Of a stretch of DNA of 63,876 nucleotides, positions 19,041 to 28,071 are shown piece after piece. Within the stretch, counting starts at the first letter, position 1; every line of letters begins with the position of its first letter. The notes below the pieces were generated by a model. It was not told the DNA's origin, did no database searches, and saw only the letters and a program-made list of their open reading frames with translations. The position numbers and the translations under genes were made by a program. The stretch is taken from contig JBDRBF010000055.1 of assembly GCA_043822925.1 (NCBI GenBank), positions 1 through 63,876 on the forward strand, written 5' to 3'. This stretch comes from a bacterium. GTDB taxonomy: Bacteria; Babelota; Babeliae; Babelales; RVW-14.

Positions 19041-20192
19041 GTGAAAAAAATACTTCTGGTAAGCAAGATTAACGATATTAATGGAGGGGCTGGAAATCAG
19101 GCGTATACATATGCATCGTCGTTTGAGCGTGTTTTGCGAGAGCTCGGGCATGACGTGTGTGCGTTTAATTGCAAACGTAATTTTTTGCTTTTTGGTCCGT
19201 GTGATCACGATAAATTGTCTTATATTTATAAAAAAATTAATAATTTTTTTGTTAATTATCGGCTCAAAAAACAGGCTTTGGCTTATCAGCCTGATATTGT
19301 TTTTTTTATTAAAGCCGAGAACATTACGCATAAAACAATTAAATTCATAAAATATTTTTTTAAAAAAAATATTAAGATTTTTAATTTTTATCCCGATAAC
19401 CCATTTTCTTTTTGGAATGGGAATTCAAATAAGAATATTTTGTTATCGTTGCCTGTGTATGATTGTTTTTTGATCTGGTCCAAGCAGCTTGTGCCTGTAT
19501 TAATGGCTGCTGGTTGTAAAGATGTGTATTATTTCCCGTTTGCGTATGATGAAAATTTGTTTAAACAGGATATTCGTATTACGAGTGCTGATCAGACGTT
19601 ATATGCGAGTGATATATGTTTTATTGGCACCTGGGATGCTGATCGAGAGTTCTGGCTTACACAATTGTGCCAAAACGTGCATGTTAATTTTGCTCTTTGG
19701 GGTAACAGCTGGGACGAGAATCTTGCATTAAGTTCGATTTTAAGAAAGTATTTACGAGGGCCTGCTATTTATAGTCAAGATATGATCAAAGCGTTTAGCT
19801 GTTCAAAAATAAATTTAAATTTTGTACGTACTCAAAACATGTCATCACATAATATGCGTACGTTTGAAGTGCTGGCCAGTGGAGCATTTTTATTAACGCA
19901 AAGAACTCAGGAGCAAATAGAAGCGCCATTTGAAGAAGGTGGTAATATTGAGTGTTTTGGGACGCATGATGAGCTGGTTAAAAAAATAGCCTTTTACTTA
20001 AAAAACGATACGATTAGAAAAAATATAGCGTGTGCAGGTCGGGTTATAGCGGTTCGAGATTTTACGCTTCAAGGCAAACTTACAAAATTTTTTGAGTATT
20101 TAGATTTAGTTAAGGTTAATACGGAGTGTAAAGGGAGTCGCAATGACGAAGTTAATAAAAAAACCGAAGATCGCAATACTTTCGATCCGTAA
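19041..20192 (+). CDS. CgeB/DUF3880-type glycosyltransferase
   Basis: GTG start immediately after the preceding stop. NMRTFEVLASGAFLLTQ resembles the CgeB-family motif (RtFEi.acG.fllt). Confidence 0.5.
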   Translation: MKKILLVSKINDINGGAGNQAYTYASSFERVLRELGHDVCAFNCKRNFLLFGPCDHDKLSYIYKKINNFFVNYRLKKQALAYQPDIVFFIKAENITHKTIKFIKYFFKKNIKIFNFYPDNPFSFWNGNSNKNILLSLPVYDCFLIWSKQLVPVLMAAGCKDVYYFPFAYDENLFKQDIRITSADQTLYASDICFIGTWDADREFWLTQLCQNVHVNFALWGNSWDENLALSSILRKYLRGPAIYSQDMIKAFSCSKINLNFVRTQNMSSHNMRTFEVLASGAFLLTQRTQEQIEAPFEEGGNIECFGTHDELVKKIAFYLKNDTIRKNIACAGRVIAVRDFTLQGKLTKFFEYLDLVKVNTECKGSRNDEVNKKTEDRNTFDP

Positions 20193-21426
20193 TGAGTACG
20201 ATTTTGGTGGGGTTTTGGCTACGCTTAAAGTAGCACATGCTTTTTGTAGTCAGTATTTTGAACCAACAATTTTTTATTTGAGTTTTGATAAACAAATTTC
20301 TGCGAATTTTAAATCTCTTAAATTTACTTCGGCCAATAGGACAGCAAGTTTTTGTGGTATGCCTGCGATAGAAGTTGGCTCCCGGTGGGCTTTTTGGGAG
20401 CCGGGGCATTATAAGTTCACGCAAGAACAGTGGCGAGAAGCTCTTAAAGATTATGATTATTTTTTTGTGGTAAGTGCGACGCCGATTGCAGCGCATCCTC
20501 TTGTTTTACTTGATAAAAAATTTGTTTTGTGGGCATCAACATCGTATGATCATGATAGAACAGAGCGGGTGAAAAAACTTTCAGGGATGCGAAAAATTAT
20601 CGATAAACTTGCACATAAGTACATGAATAAAATTCAAAGAGATGTTTTGCGAAAAGTGTCTTATGTGTGGCCGTTAAGCCAATATTCGTATAATCAGTTT
20701 GAAATAGAGTGTGAAACGTTAAAATCCAAAAGCATGTTGTGTGGTTATCCCATAGATTGTGAAAAAATAAAACGGGTTCCTGATGTTGTGCGGGAAAAAA
20801 ATATTATTGCTGTTGGGCGCTTTTCTGATCCAAGAAAAAATATTGATATGCTTATGCGCGCTTTTGAGCGTATTTATGAAAAAGAACCAAAAGCAAGATT
20901 ATATGTCGTCGGGCAACAACCAGGATTTGGGAAGTTACAAGAGTTTGCGCATTTAAAAAGCTTTGGTCATGTCGTATTTACGGGGACTTTAGAGCCTAAA
21001 GATTTAAGGCACATGTATCGACAAGCATCACTTATGCTTATTACATCGTATCAAGAAGGTTTTGGAATAGCCGGGCTGGAAGCTCTTGCTAATGGCGTGC
21101 CAATAGTTTCAACGAATTGTGGCGGTGTGAGTGATTTTGTGGTCCATGGCGAGACTGGCTACTTGGTTGATATAAATGATGATAAAAATATGGCGATAAA
21201 AGCGTTGCGAATTCTTACGTTGCCAGATACGCATCAAAAATTAGCTGAGCAGGCGCGTGTTTTTGTTGAGAAAAATTTTGCGCAAAATATTATTTTTGAA
21301 CGGTTTAAGTTTGGTTTAGTTTGCGCGTATCCAGAACTAGAAGCTTTATTTAGAAGTGTTGATAAAACGTCTATAAAACATAACTTTTTAAAACGCGTGA
21401 TTCAGTATGAAAGCGTTGGTAATTAG
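20143..21426 (+). CDS. family 4 glycosyltransferase
   Basis: EGFGIAGLEALANGVPIVSTNCGG. 50-nt overlap with the upstream gene. Confidence 0.7.
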   Translation: MTKLIKKPKIAILSIRNEYDFGGVLATLKVAHAFCSQYFEPTIFYLSFDKQISANFKSLKFTSANRTASFCGMPAIEVGSRWAFWEPGHYKFTQEQWREALKDYDYFFVVSATPIAAHPLVLLDKKFVLWASTSYDHDRTERVKKLSGMRKIIDKLAHKYMNKIQRDVLRKVSYVWPLSQYSYNQFEIECETLKSKSMLCGYPIDCEKIKRVPDVVREKNIIAVGRFSDPRKNIDMLMRAFERIYEKEPKARLYVVGQQPGFGKLQEFAHLKSFGHVVFTGTLEPKDLRHMYRQASLMLITSYQEGFGIAGLEALANGVPIVSTNCGGVSDFVVHGETGYLVDINDDKNMAIKALRILTLPDTHQKLAEQARVFVEKNFAQNIIFERFKFGLVCAYPELEALFRSVDKTSIKHNFLKRVIQYESVGN

Positions 21427-22552
21427 TCATACATATATTGCTCGGATAAATCGAGATAAGTGGAAGGTTTTCGCATCGCGTTATAGCGGTATGGTTGTTA
21501 CTGTTGTTTTTCCAAAAGTTTGGCCTACACATCTCTTTTTTCACCGAGCTAAGATTTTGGCAGGTGAGAATTTACCTAATTGCACGTTTGTTGCGCTTGA
21601 TGTTTATAATGCGGGCAACGAAGTAAAATATAGCTATAATTCACAAGCTCTTATAAAGCTATTAATAAAGACAAAGCCAGACATAATACATGTTGAGCAG
21701 GGGGTGCATGCGTTTAGTTATTTTCAGGTTATTCTATTTTCTTATTTACTTGGCTTGCGCCCACGATTTGTATTTTTTACCTGGGTTAATTGGCAAGAAA
21801 AGAATGCTTTAAAACATAGATTTTTTACTTGGTTACTTGAAAAAATAAATATATCTTTCACGTCTGGTGCTGTTGCGGGGAATAACGATGCGAAAGACAT
21901 TTTGCATGCGCGGGGGTTAAAAAAAGATATTATTGTTTTGCCGCAATTGGGGGTTAATCAGCATATTTTTACTCCAGCAGTCAAATCAAGCTTTTCTGAC
22001 ACAAAAAAATATATTGGTTATGTTGGCCGTATTGCTGAAGAAAAAGGGGTCTTTTTGTTGGTTCAAGCATATGCATTGCTTCACGAGCAGTTTCCAGATT
22101 GGAATATGCGTATTGTTGGTGATGGGCCAGCAAAAAAACAACTTATCGATTTTGTGGTTCAGCATAAGCTTATCGATAGAATAGAATTTTTAGATTCTGT
22201 GATGCATGATGTTGTTGCGCACGTTTTGCATGGTATCGATATATTGGTTTTGCCGTCATATGATACGCCAAATTGGAAAGAGCAGTTTGGGCATATTTTG
22301 ATTGAAGCAATGGCTTGTAAAGTTCCTGTTATTGGTAGTTCTGCGGGAGAAATTGCACAGGTAATTGCGGATAGTGGTTTAGTTTTTTCCCAAACAGATC
22401 TTTGTTCTTTGGTGCAAAACTTACGGTCTTTAATGGGGGATGAGTTTTTACGTCAAGAGTTTGGCCAAAAGGGGTATGAGCGTGTACAAAAAAAATATTC
22501 ACACGAAGTAATTGCAGACAAAACGTATGCTTTTTGGCGGTCTTTAATATAG
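21407..22552 (+). CDS. family 4 glycosyltransferase
   Basis: GRIAEEKG...EQFGHILIEAMACKVPVIGSSAGE. Confidence 0.7.
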   Translation: MKALVISHTYIARINRDKWKVFASRYSGMVVTVVFPKVWPTHLFFHRAKILAGENLPNCTFVALDVYNAGNEVKYSYNSQALIKLLIKTKPDIIHVEQGVHAFSYFQVILFSYLLGLRPRFVFFTWVNWQEKNALKHRFFTWLLEKINISFTSGAVAGNNDAKDILHARGLKKDIIVLPQLGVNQHIFTPAVKSSFSDTKKYIGYVGRIAEEKGVFLLVQAYALLHEQFPDWNMRIVGDGPAKKQLIDFVVQHKLIDRIEFLDSVMHDVVAHVLHGIDILVLPSYDTPNWKEQFGHILIEAMACKVPVIGSSAGEIAQVIADSGLVFSQTDLCSLVQNLRSLMGDEFLRQEFGQKGYERVQKKYSHEVIADKTYAFWRSLI

Positions 22553-22563
22553 GAAGTAGTATT

Positions 22564-23967
22564 ATGAAGAAAATTGTTGTAATTGGTGCTGGATATGTAG
22601 GTTTGGTGACCGGTGTTTGCTTTGCGCAAAAGGGCAATAGTGTTACAATTGTCGAAAATAATAAAGAAAAGATAAAAGCGCTTCAAGACGGTAGAGTTCC
22701 GTTTTATGAGCCTGGTTTAGATGAGCTTGTTGCTCAGAATATAGCTGCTGGAACGCTTACTTTTGTAAAATCTATCTCAGATATTATGGTTGAAAATCCA
22801 GAAATTATATTTTCTTGCGTTGGGACCCCGTCACTTGTGGATGGGTCTGCAGATCTTTCGTATGTGTATCATATGGCTCAAGAAATTGGTGAAAATTTAC
22901 AAGAGTATTGTTTGATTATTAATAAATCTACAGTGCCTGTTGGAACTGCTAAAAAAGTAAAAGAGATTATTCAAGAGAATTTAGATGCTAGGCGTTTAGC
23001 AATTTCTTTTGATGTTGCTTCAAACCCTGAATTTTTAAAAGAGGGTAATGCGTTAGAAGATTTTGTGACTCCAGACCGAGTTGTTGTTGGAACAGAATCT
23101 CAGCGGGCAGAAAAATTATTATTTGATTTATATGAGCCGTTTTTGACAAGTACTGATCAGTTTCTTTCTATGAATATAGAATCTGCAGAGTTAACAAAAT
23201 ATGCTTCTAATGCAATGCTTGCAACGCGTATAAGTTTTATGAATCAAATGGCAAATTTGGCTGATAAAGTTGGTGCAGATATAGAAGCTGTAACAAAGGG
23301 CATGGGAAAAGATAAACGTATTGGTAGTGCTTTTTTGAATGCGGGGATTGGGTATGGTGGCAGTTGTTTTCCTAAAGATGTGCGTGCATTAATTCATATG
23401 GGTCTTGAGCATTTACAACCTATGACACTTATTCGCGAGGTTGACCGTGTGAATGAACATCAAAGAATTGTTTTTTTTGATATGATCATGCGTTATTATT
23501 TAGGTAATTTAAAAAATAAACGGGTTGGCGTTTGGGGCCTTGCCTTTAAGCCAGAAACAGATGATATTCGTAGTGCTCCATCGATAGATGTTATTAAAAA
23601 GCTTTTGTATCATGGTGCTCATGTAACGGCTTATGATCCGGTTGCTCAAGAAAATATGCATGCAATATTTGGCGATACGATTGATTATGTAAATACATCA
23701 GATGCTGTACTTAGGAGTTCAGATTTTCTTGTTATTTTTACCGAATGGAACACATTTAAAAAATATCCAGCTCAAAAATTTGCTGTATTGGCAGATAAAG
23801 TTGTTTTTGATGGTAGAAATTGTTTTGATCCTGCTCGTATGCTTGAGGCAGGGATTACCTATATATCTATTGGTAGAAATGCATTAACTCAGACGTTGCA
23901 AAAGCAGCATCAAGATGAAAAACGTGTGAATAAAAAAAATTCTGAAAATATACAAAGTGCTTTATAA
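22564..23967 (+). CDS. ugd: UDP-glucose 6-dehydrogenase
   Basis: MKKIVVIGAGYVGLVTG and GGSCFPKDV (catalytic Cys). The ATG at 22564 is preceded by AGGAAG; the ORF track starts 10 codons earlier. Confidence 0.9.
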   Translation: MKKIVVIGAGYVGLVTGVCFAQKGNSVTIVENNKEKIKALQDGRVPFYEPGLDELVAQNIAAGTLTFVKSISDIMVENPEIIFSCVGTPSLVDGSADLSYVYHMAQEIGENLQEYCLIINKSTVPVGTAKKVKEIIQENLDARRLAISFDVASNPEFLKEGNALEDFVTPDRVVVGTESQRAEKLLFDLYEPFLTSTDQFLSMNIESAELTKYASNAMLATRISFMNQMANLADKVGADIEAVTKGMGKDKRIGSAFLNAGIGYGGSCFPKDVRALIHMGLEHLQPMTLIREVDRVNEHQRIVFFDMIMRYYLGNLKNKRVGVWGLAFKPETDDIRSAPSIDVIKKLLYHGAHVTAYDPVAQENMHAIFGDTIDYVNTSDAVLRSSDFLVIFTEWNTFKKYPAQKFAVLADKVVFDGRNCFDPARMLEAGITYISIGRNALTQTLQKQHQDEKRVNKKNSENIQSAL

Positions 23968-24003
23968 ATCCCTACTACGCTCAGGTGGCTTGGAAGGGCA
24001 AGT
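23968..24003. repeat. family-A repeat, partial copy forming the entire ugd-GT4 spacer
   Basis: atccctactacgctcaggtggcttggaagggcaagt matches 14713-14752 apart from a 5-nt gap. Its GGAAGGG sits at Shine-Dalgarno distance from the ATG at 24004. Confidence 0.7.
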
Positions 24004-25257
24004 ATGAAAAAAAAGATTCTTTATATTCATCATGGTAAGGGCTTAGGTGGTGCGCCACTTAGTCTTTTGTATTTGATTCAGGCATTGGATAAAAGTAAAT
24101 ATCAGCCTATAGTTTTATTTTTGCATGATTCACCTGTGCTTGAAGTTTATAAAAATTTAGATATTTATAAAAATAAAACTATAGACGTAATTGGTCCGGT
24201 TAATTTGTATGACTTCCCACATACTAAAATATGGTGGTTTCGTTGGTACCATGTACTCAGTTTTTTGCGTTGTACGAGTGATACTCTTTTAACGTTGGTA
24301 TTTGGCGCTCGTTATTGGTTAAAAAAAATAGAACCAGATATCGTGCATTTGAATACAAGTTCTTTAATTGCATGGGGCAAAGTTGCTAAGAAAATGGGGA
24401 TACCAGTAGTTTGGCATATTCGTGAGCCACTTGCAGATGGTTATTTGGGTTTGCGCAAAAAACTTATTACGAATTGCGTTAAAAAACATGCACATACGAT
24501 TGTGTCGATTTGTAAGAATGATGCTTGCCCTTGGGAAAAATTATCAAAAACGCATGTTATTTACAATACTGTTGATCAAAAAATATTTGATCACAGAATA
24601 AGCCCAGAAAGCTTTCTCGCCAAATATAATTTAGAAAATAGTAATCAAGATTCTAATATTTTAAGAGCACCTAAGATATTATTTCTCGGTGGTCTATCGC
24701 AAGAAAAGGGTACGCTTGTTATTTTGTCTGTATTTAAAAAATTACTCGAAGTTATGCCCAATGCAAAACTCTTACTTGCTGGCTATTTTCCTGAGCAGTC
24801 AAACAGGTCTATTCTTATTTCGTCATTAATCAAAAAACTTTTTCCGGCGCATAAATATACAAAACAGGTATTTAAAATTTTAGCGTCTATAAAAGAGTCT
24901 GTGATTTTTCTTGGACCAATTCTTGATGTACCCGGTGCGATGGCAGCGAGTTCAGTAGTTGTTTTTCCGGCAACTATAGGGCACTTTGCACGGCCAATTA
25001 TAGAAGCTGGATTTATGAAGAAACCTGTAGTTGCATCATGCTTGGCGCCACTAGACGAACTGGTTATTGATGAAAAAACGGGCTTTCTTGTTGATCCAAA
25101 AGCTATCGATATTTGGGTGCAAAAACTTACGTTATTATTAATTAATCAGGCTTATAATAAGCATATGGGGCAGCAGGCTTACGAATTTTGTAGAGTAAAT
25201 TTTGGGTTAGAAATGCATATATCAAAAATAGAAAAAATTTACGAAAAGATTTTATAA
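24004..25257 (+). CDS. family 4 glycosyltransferase
   Basis: N-terminal KILYIHHGKGLGGAP and a GT-B C-terminal half (FARPIIEAGFMKKPVVAS). Confidence 0.65.
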   Translation: MKKKILYIHHGKGLGGAPLSLLYLIQALDKSKYQPIVLFLHDSPVLEVYKNLDIYKNKTIDVIGPVNLYDFPHTKIWWFRWYHVLSFLRCTSDTLLTLVFGARYWLKKIEPDIVHLNTSSLIAWGKVAKKMGIPVVWHIREPLADGYLGLRKKLITNCVKKHAHTIVSICKNDACPWEKLSKTHVIYNTVDQKIFDHRISPESFLAKYNLENSNQDSNILRAPKILFLGGLSQEKGTLVILSVFKKLLEVMPNAKLLLAGYFPEQSNRSILISSLIKKLFPAHKYTKQVFKILASIKESVIFLGPILDVPGAMAASSVVVFPATIGHFARPIIEAGFMKKPVVASCLAPLDELVIDEKTGFLVDPKAIDIWVQKLTLLLINQAYNKHMGQQAYEFCRVNFGLEMHISKIEKIYEKIL

Positions 25258-25274
25258 TAGATGCGGGAATAATT

Positions 25275-26108
25275 ATGCAAAAACAAGAGTTTAAAAATCA
25301 GGTAAATATTCCCACTTCAGAACTTAAAGAACAGGTAAAAGCGTACTGGAACAAAGCAAGTTGTGGGACTGAGTTTATTCGTGAGAAAAAGTTTAGCAAA
25401 GCGTATTTTGAAGAAATCGAGTGCTTTAGATATTTGGTAGAACCTGAGATATTTGCGTTTGCGCAATTTACCCGTTTTCATAATAAAAAAGTACTTGAAG
25501 TTGGGGTTGGTGCTGGTACTGATTTTGTGCAATGGGTACGTGCTGGTACGCAGGCTCATGGCGTAGACTTAACTCAAGAAGCTATTGATAATGTCCAACA
25601 CAGACTAAGATTATATAATCTTGATGCTTGCGACATTCGTGTAGCTGACGCCGAAAAATTATCGTACGAAACTAATTCGTTTGATTTGGTATATTCTTGG
25701 GGTGTAATACATCATTCGCCTGATACAATACAGTGTTTGCGTGAAATTATACGTGTAACTAAACCGGGTGGAACTATCAAAGTTATGATTTATAATCGCC
25801 ATTCGTTATTTGCGTTTTATCGCTATCTCTTAAGTGCTTTATTTAAGGGTAGGCCGTTTAAAAGTTTTAAAAAAGTTTTATTTGAAGATCAAGAAAGTCC
25901 TGGGACTAAAGCATATACGCAAAAAGAAGTTCGTAAGATACTGGCAGATTTACCGGTAACGATTGTGCAAATTAAAGCGACAGTATCGAATCACGATTTA
26001 TTGTATTACAAAAATAAGTTTATACGCTTTTTTGCCTATAGCTCAGCTTGTTTATTGGGTTGGAATCGTGTTGGCTGGTTTATGACCATCGAGTTACTAA
26101 AAAAGTAA
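25275..26108 (+). CDS. class I SAM-dependent methyltransferase
   Basis: VLEVGVGAGTDF motif I, FDLVYSWGVIHH, TKPGG. Confidence 0.7.
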   Translation: MQKQEFKNQVNIPTSELKEQVKAYWNKASCGTEFIREKKFSKAYFEEIECFRYLVEPEIFAFAQFTRFHNKKVLEVGVGAGTDFVQWVRAGTQAHGVDLTQEAIDNVQHRLRLYNLDACDIRVADAEKLSYETNSFDLVYSWGVIHHSPDTIQCLREIIRVTKPGGTIKVMIYNRHSLFAFYRYLLSALFKGRPFKSFKKVLFEDQESPGTKAYTQKEVRKILADLPVTIVQIKATVSNHDLLYYKNKFIRFFAYSSACLLGWNRVGWFMTIELLKK

Positions 26109-26171
26109 AAATATTCGTAGGAAATTGTTGTCAGAAAACGGGATTCGTTCTTAGCCAAATTATCTTAGAAA

Positions 26172-26612
26172 TTATTCGAATGAATCTTCCCACAAGCCAT
26201 TAACGGGCATCATGTAGAGATTTTTATCGAATGGTAAACATAAAGAGCCGGTATACAGTACTATTTCCATAATAAATTTTTCTTTCACTTTGTCTCTCAA
26301 ATATGTGAGCCCTTTAAAATCTTGGGCGCCGACCGTTTCACTATTTTTTATTTCTATGCTAATAATGTTGCCGGAACGATCTTCGAGTATTACGTCGACT
26401 TCTTGGCCTTCTGTTGTTCTGCAATGATACATGTTTACAATTATTTTGCTCCAGGTTGCCTGTTTCTTGAGTTCGCCAACGATAAAGTTTTCAAATATTT
26501 TGCCCATGTGTGTGCTATTGGTGAGGGCTTTTTGAAGATTAGTGTCCAGAAGATAAGCTAGCAGCCCCGAATCAAGTAAGTATAATTTGGGTGATTTAGT
26601 AAACCGTAGGGT
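26172..26612 (-). pseudogene. 5'-truncated copy of the COG1373-type AAA+ ATPase / PD-(D/E)xK gene (C-terminal ~145 aa only)
   Basis: RFTKSPKLYLLDSGLLAYLL...GKIFENFIVGEL...QEVDVILE...ISIEIKNSE aligns with RFVKSPKLYFYDTGLICYLL...GNIFESLIISEI...HEVDCIIQ...IAIEMKAGR of 37235-38428. The whole Walker-A/AAA+ part is absent. Homology ends at a repeat. Confidence 0.7.
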
Positions 26613-26629
26613 AAGGTTCGTGCTCCATT

Positions 26630-26660
26630 GTCACCCCGGACCCGATCCGGGGCAGGATCC
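26630..26660. repeat. short GC-rich palindromic repeat (family-A variant)
   Basis: gtcaccccggacccgatccggggcaggatcc, with a ccccgga/tccgggg stem. The GGGGCAGGATC core recurs at 48608-48618. Confidence 0.45.
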
Positions 26661-26741
26661 AAACCTAATTTCTCTTATTACGTAAAAAATGTGTGCTAAA
26701 AACGCTAGTTTTTTTGATGTTTTGTATCTGAGGGCTGATTT

Positions 26742-26790
26742 TGGAGTGGGAAACGGGACTTGAACCCGGCGAGCATTGTTGTAGGTTTTT
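26742..26790 (-). other. tRNA-like 3' fragment (T-arm, acceptor 3' strand, CCA) with no matching 5' half
   Basis: Minus strand reads ...gccgggTTCAAGTcccgtttcccactCCA: a canonical 7-nt T-loop flanked by a 4-5 bp stem, 7 nt, a discriminator and CCA. No gtgggaa 5' acceptor strand within tRNA distance. Confidence 0.3.
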
Positions 26791-26881
26791 ATTCAATTTC
26801 CCTATGGTTGAAACTATTCGCTGATGCCAAATTTCAGGTGATTGCATCTGAGCATCAGTGTCATGCATTGTTTCCAGCTCA

Positions 26882-26932
26882 TCAGGCGTAATCGCCTGAA
26901 GCTCTCTTGCAAGCCTAGTGTTTTAACACTAG
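26882..26932. repeat. family-B palindromic repeat, half copy
   Basis: tcaggcgtaatcgcctga and gcctagtgttttaacactagg are identical to blocks in 13445-13493. The linker agctctcttgcaagc is the reverse of the ctcgcaagagc module. Confidence 0.8.
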
Positions 26933-27340
26933 GTAAAAATTGGATTGAGTCTTTATTTTAGGGCATAAAATTGTCGGGTACTAAGGTTTTTTACTTGATA
27001 TGTCTTATCGATAAAATAATTGTCTGGCTGTTTTGCTTGTTATTTTGTTTATTTTGAAGCTTTTTTATAGCGTGGCCAAGAGCCAAATAACGAGCATTGT
27101 ATTTGGGTGCGTAATTTGGGATGCGTTGCGAGAATCCGGTTTCTATATTGTTCTGTGTACAGAGTTTTATATAGGTTTGGTAGAGCATGGGTATCTCTTT
27201 TTTTTTAGGTTTTATCGTGTCTTTTTTGTATTTTTGTGTTGTTTTTATTTCATATAGAATAATGGCATGCGTAACCTCTTTTGTAATGCGGTTTTTTATG
27301 CTAAATTTACGGTGTATTTAGGCAAGATAAAATTTTCGAC

Positions 27341-27440
27341 GTGGATCCTAGATTGAAGTCAGGGATGACGAAACAAAATAAATGAATGCTTCGATAGCTT
27401 CAGCATGAGTGTAGAGGGGCAGGCTCGGGATAAAAAGATA
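27341..27440. repeat. degenerate family-A-like repeat upstream of grpE
   Basis: Reverse complement gives gtcatccctgacttcaatctaggatcc and cctgcccctctac...gaagc, resembling the gtcatcccagacttgcctgcccttcgaagcc core. Confidence 0.35.
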
Positions 27441-27465
27441 AGAATAATAATTGTGATGGGAATTT

Positions 27466-27972
27466 ATGATTAATGAGAACGAAAAGAATATCGAAAACAA
27501 CGATTTAGATAACGCAGAGAATAACGAGAGTGGTGAACAGCAAATGGAGCAAGATGCGTACAAAGAGCAATTTTTGCGTTTAAGTGCAGATTTTCAGAAT
27601 TATAAACGGCGCGTAGAAAAAGAACGCATTGAATGGATGCTTATGGCTCGGGTTGAGATGCTTGAAGATTTATTGCCTATTTTTGATGAGCTAGACCGGG
27701 CAATAGAACTCGCAGAAAAAAGCGTAAGCGACGATGTAAAAATATGGCTTGATGGTTTGCTATTAATTCAAAAAAAATGGCAAAAAATTTTTAGTACACT
27801 TGGCATTGAAGCCGTTGTTGTTACAGGTGAATTTGATCCAGAATTACACGAAGCTGTTATGCAAGTTGAAACTGAAGAAGTTGTATCTCATCATATTGTT
27901 CAGTGCTTTGAAAAGGGGTATACGTTAAAAGGTAAAGTTGTAAGACATGCAAAAGTAAGCGTAGCCAAATAA
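27466..27972 (+). CDS. grpE: nucleotide exchange factor GrpE
   Basis: FLRLSADFQNYKRRVEKE, then C-terminal GYTLKGKVVRHAKVSV. No hrcA or dnaK flanking it. Confidence 0.85.
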   Translation: MINENEKNIENNDLDNAENNESGEQQMEQDAYKEQFLRLSADFQNYKRRVEKERIEWMLMARVEMLEDLLPIFDELDRAIELAEKSVSDDVKIWLDGLLLIQKKWQKIFSTLGIEAVVVTGEFDPELHEAVMQVETEEVVSHHIVQCFEKGYTLKGKVVRHAKVSVAK

Positions 27973-28071
27973 GAACAGTTTTAATAGACCCTTTGATAAG
28001 TTTTCAGTCTTGGCCAAGGCCCCGCTGAACATGGTAGGGAGAGCGCTCTTGCTAAATTATAAAGGGTTGGT

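Noticed and set aside
19041-19400. Dense stack of overlapping small ORFs and poly-A/T runs at the start of the CgeB-like gene, considered as a possible frameshifted or phase-variable region.
   Set aside because: The main frame is uninterrupted from 19041 to 20192. The homopolymer runs are short (up to ~8 nt) and typical of the genome's composition.
26742-26880. The tRNA-like 3' end as an intact tRNA or a tmRNA.
   Set aside because: No complementary 5' acceptor strand lies at tRNA distance, and the only partial pairing (ggaaac/gtttcc) is about 135 nt away. No tag-peptide reading frame or tmRNA-sized structure is evident. It is kept only as a fragment.
26991-27188. 65-aa ORF (extendable upstream without a start codon) in the decayed patch, considered as an integrase or hrcA remnant.
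   Set aside because: It has no recognisable recombinase, HrcA or other family motif. It is K/N/Q-rich and has no RBS.
27300-27465. A CIRCE (TTAGCACTC-N9-GAGTGCTAA) heat-shock operator upstream of grpE.
   Set aside because: I looked for it and did not find it. The only structured element there is a degenerate family-A repeat.
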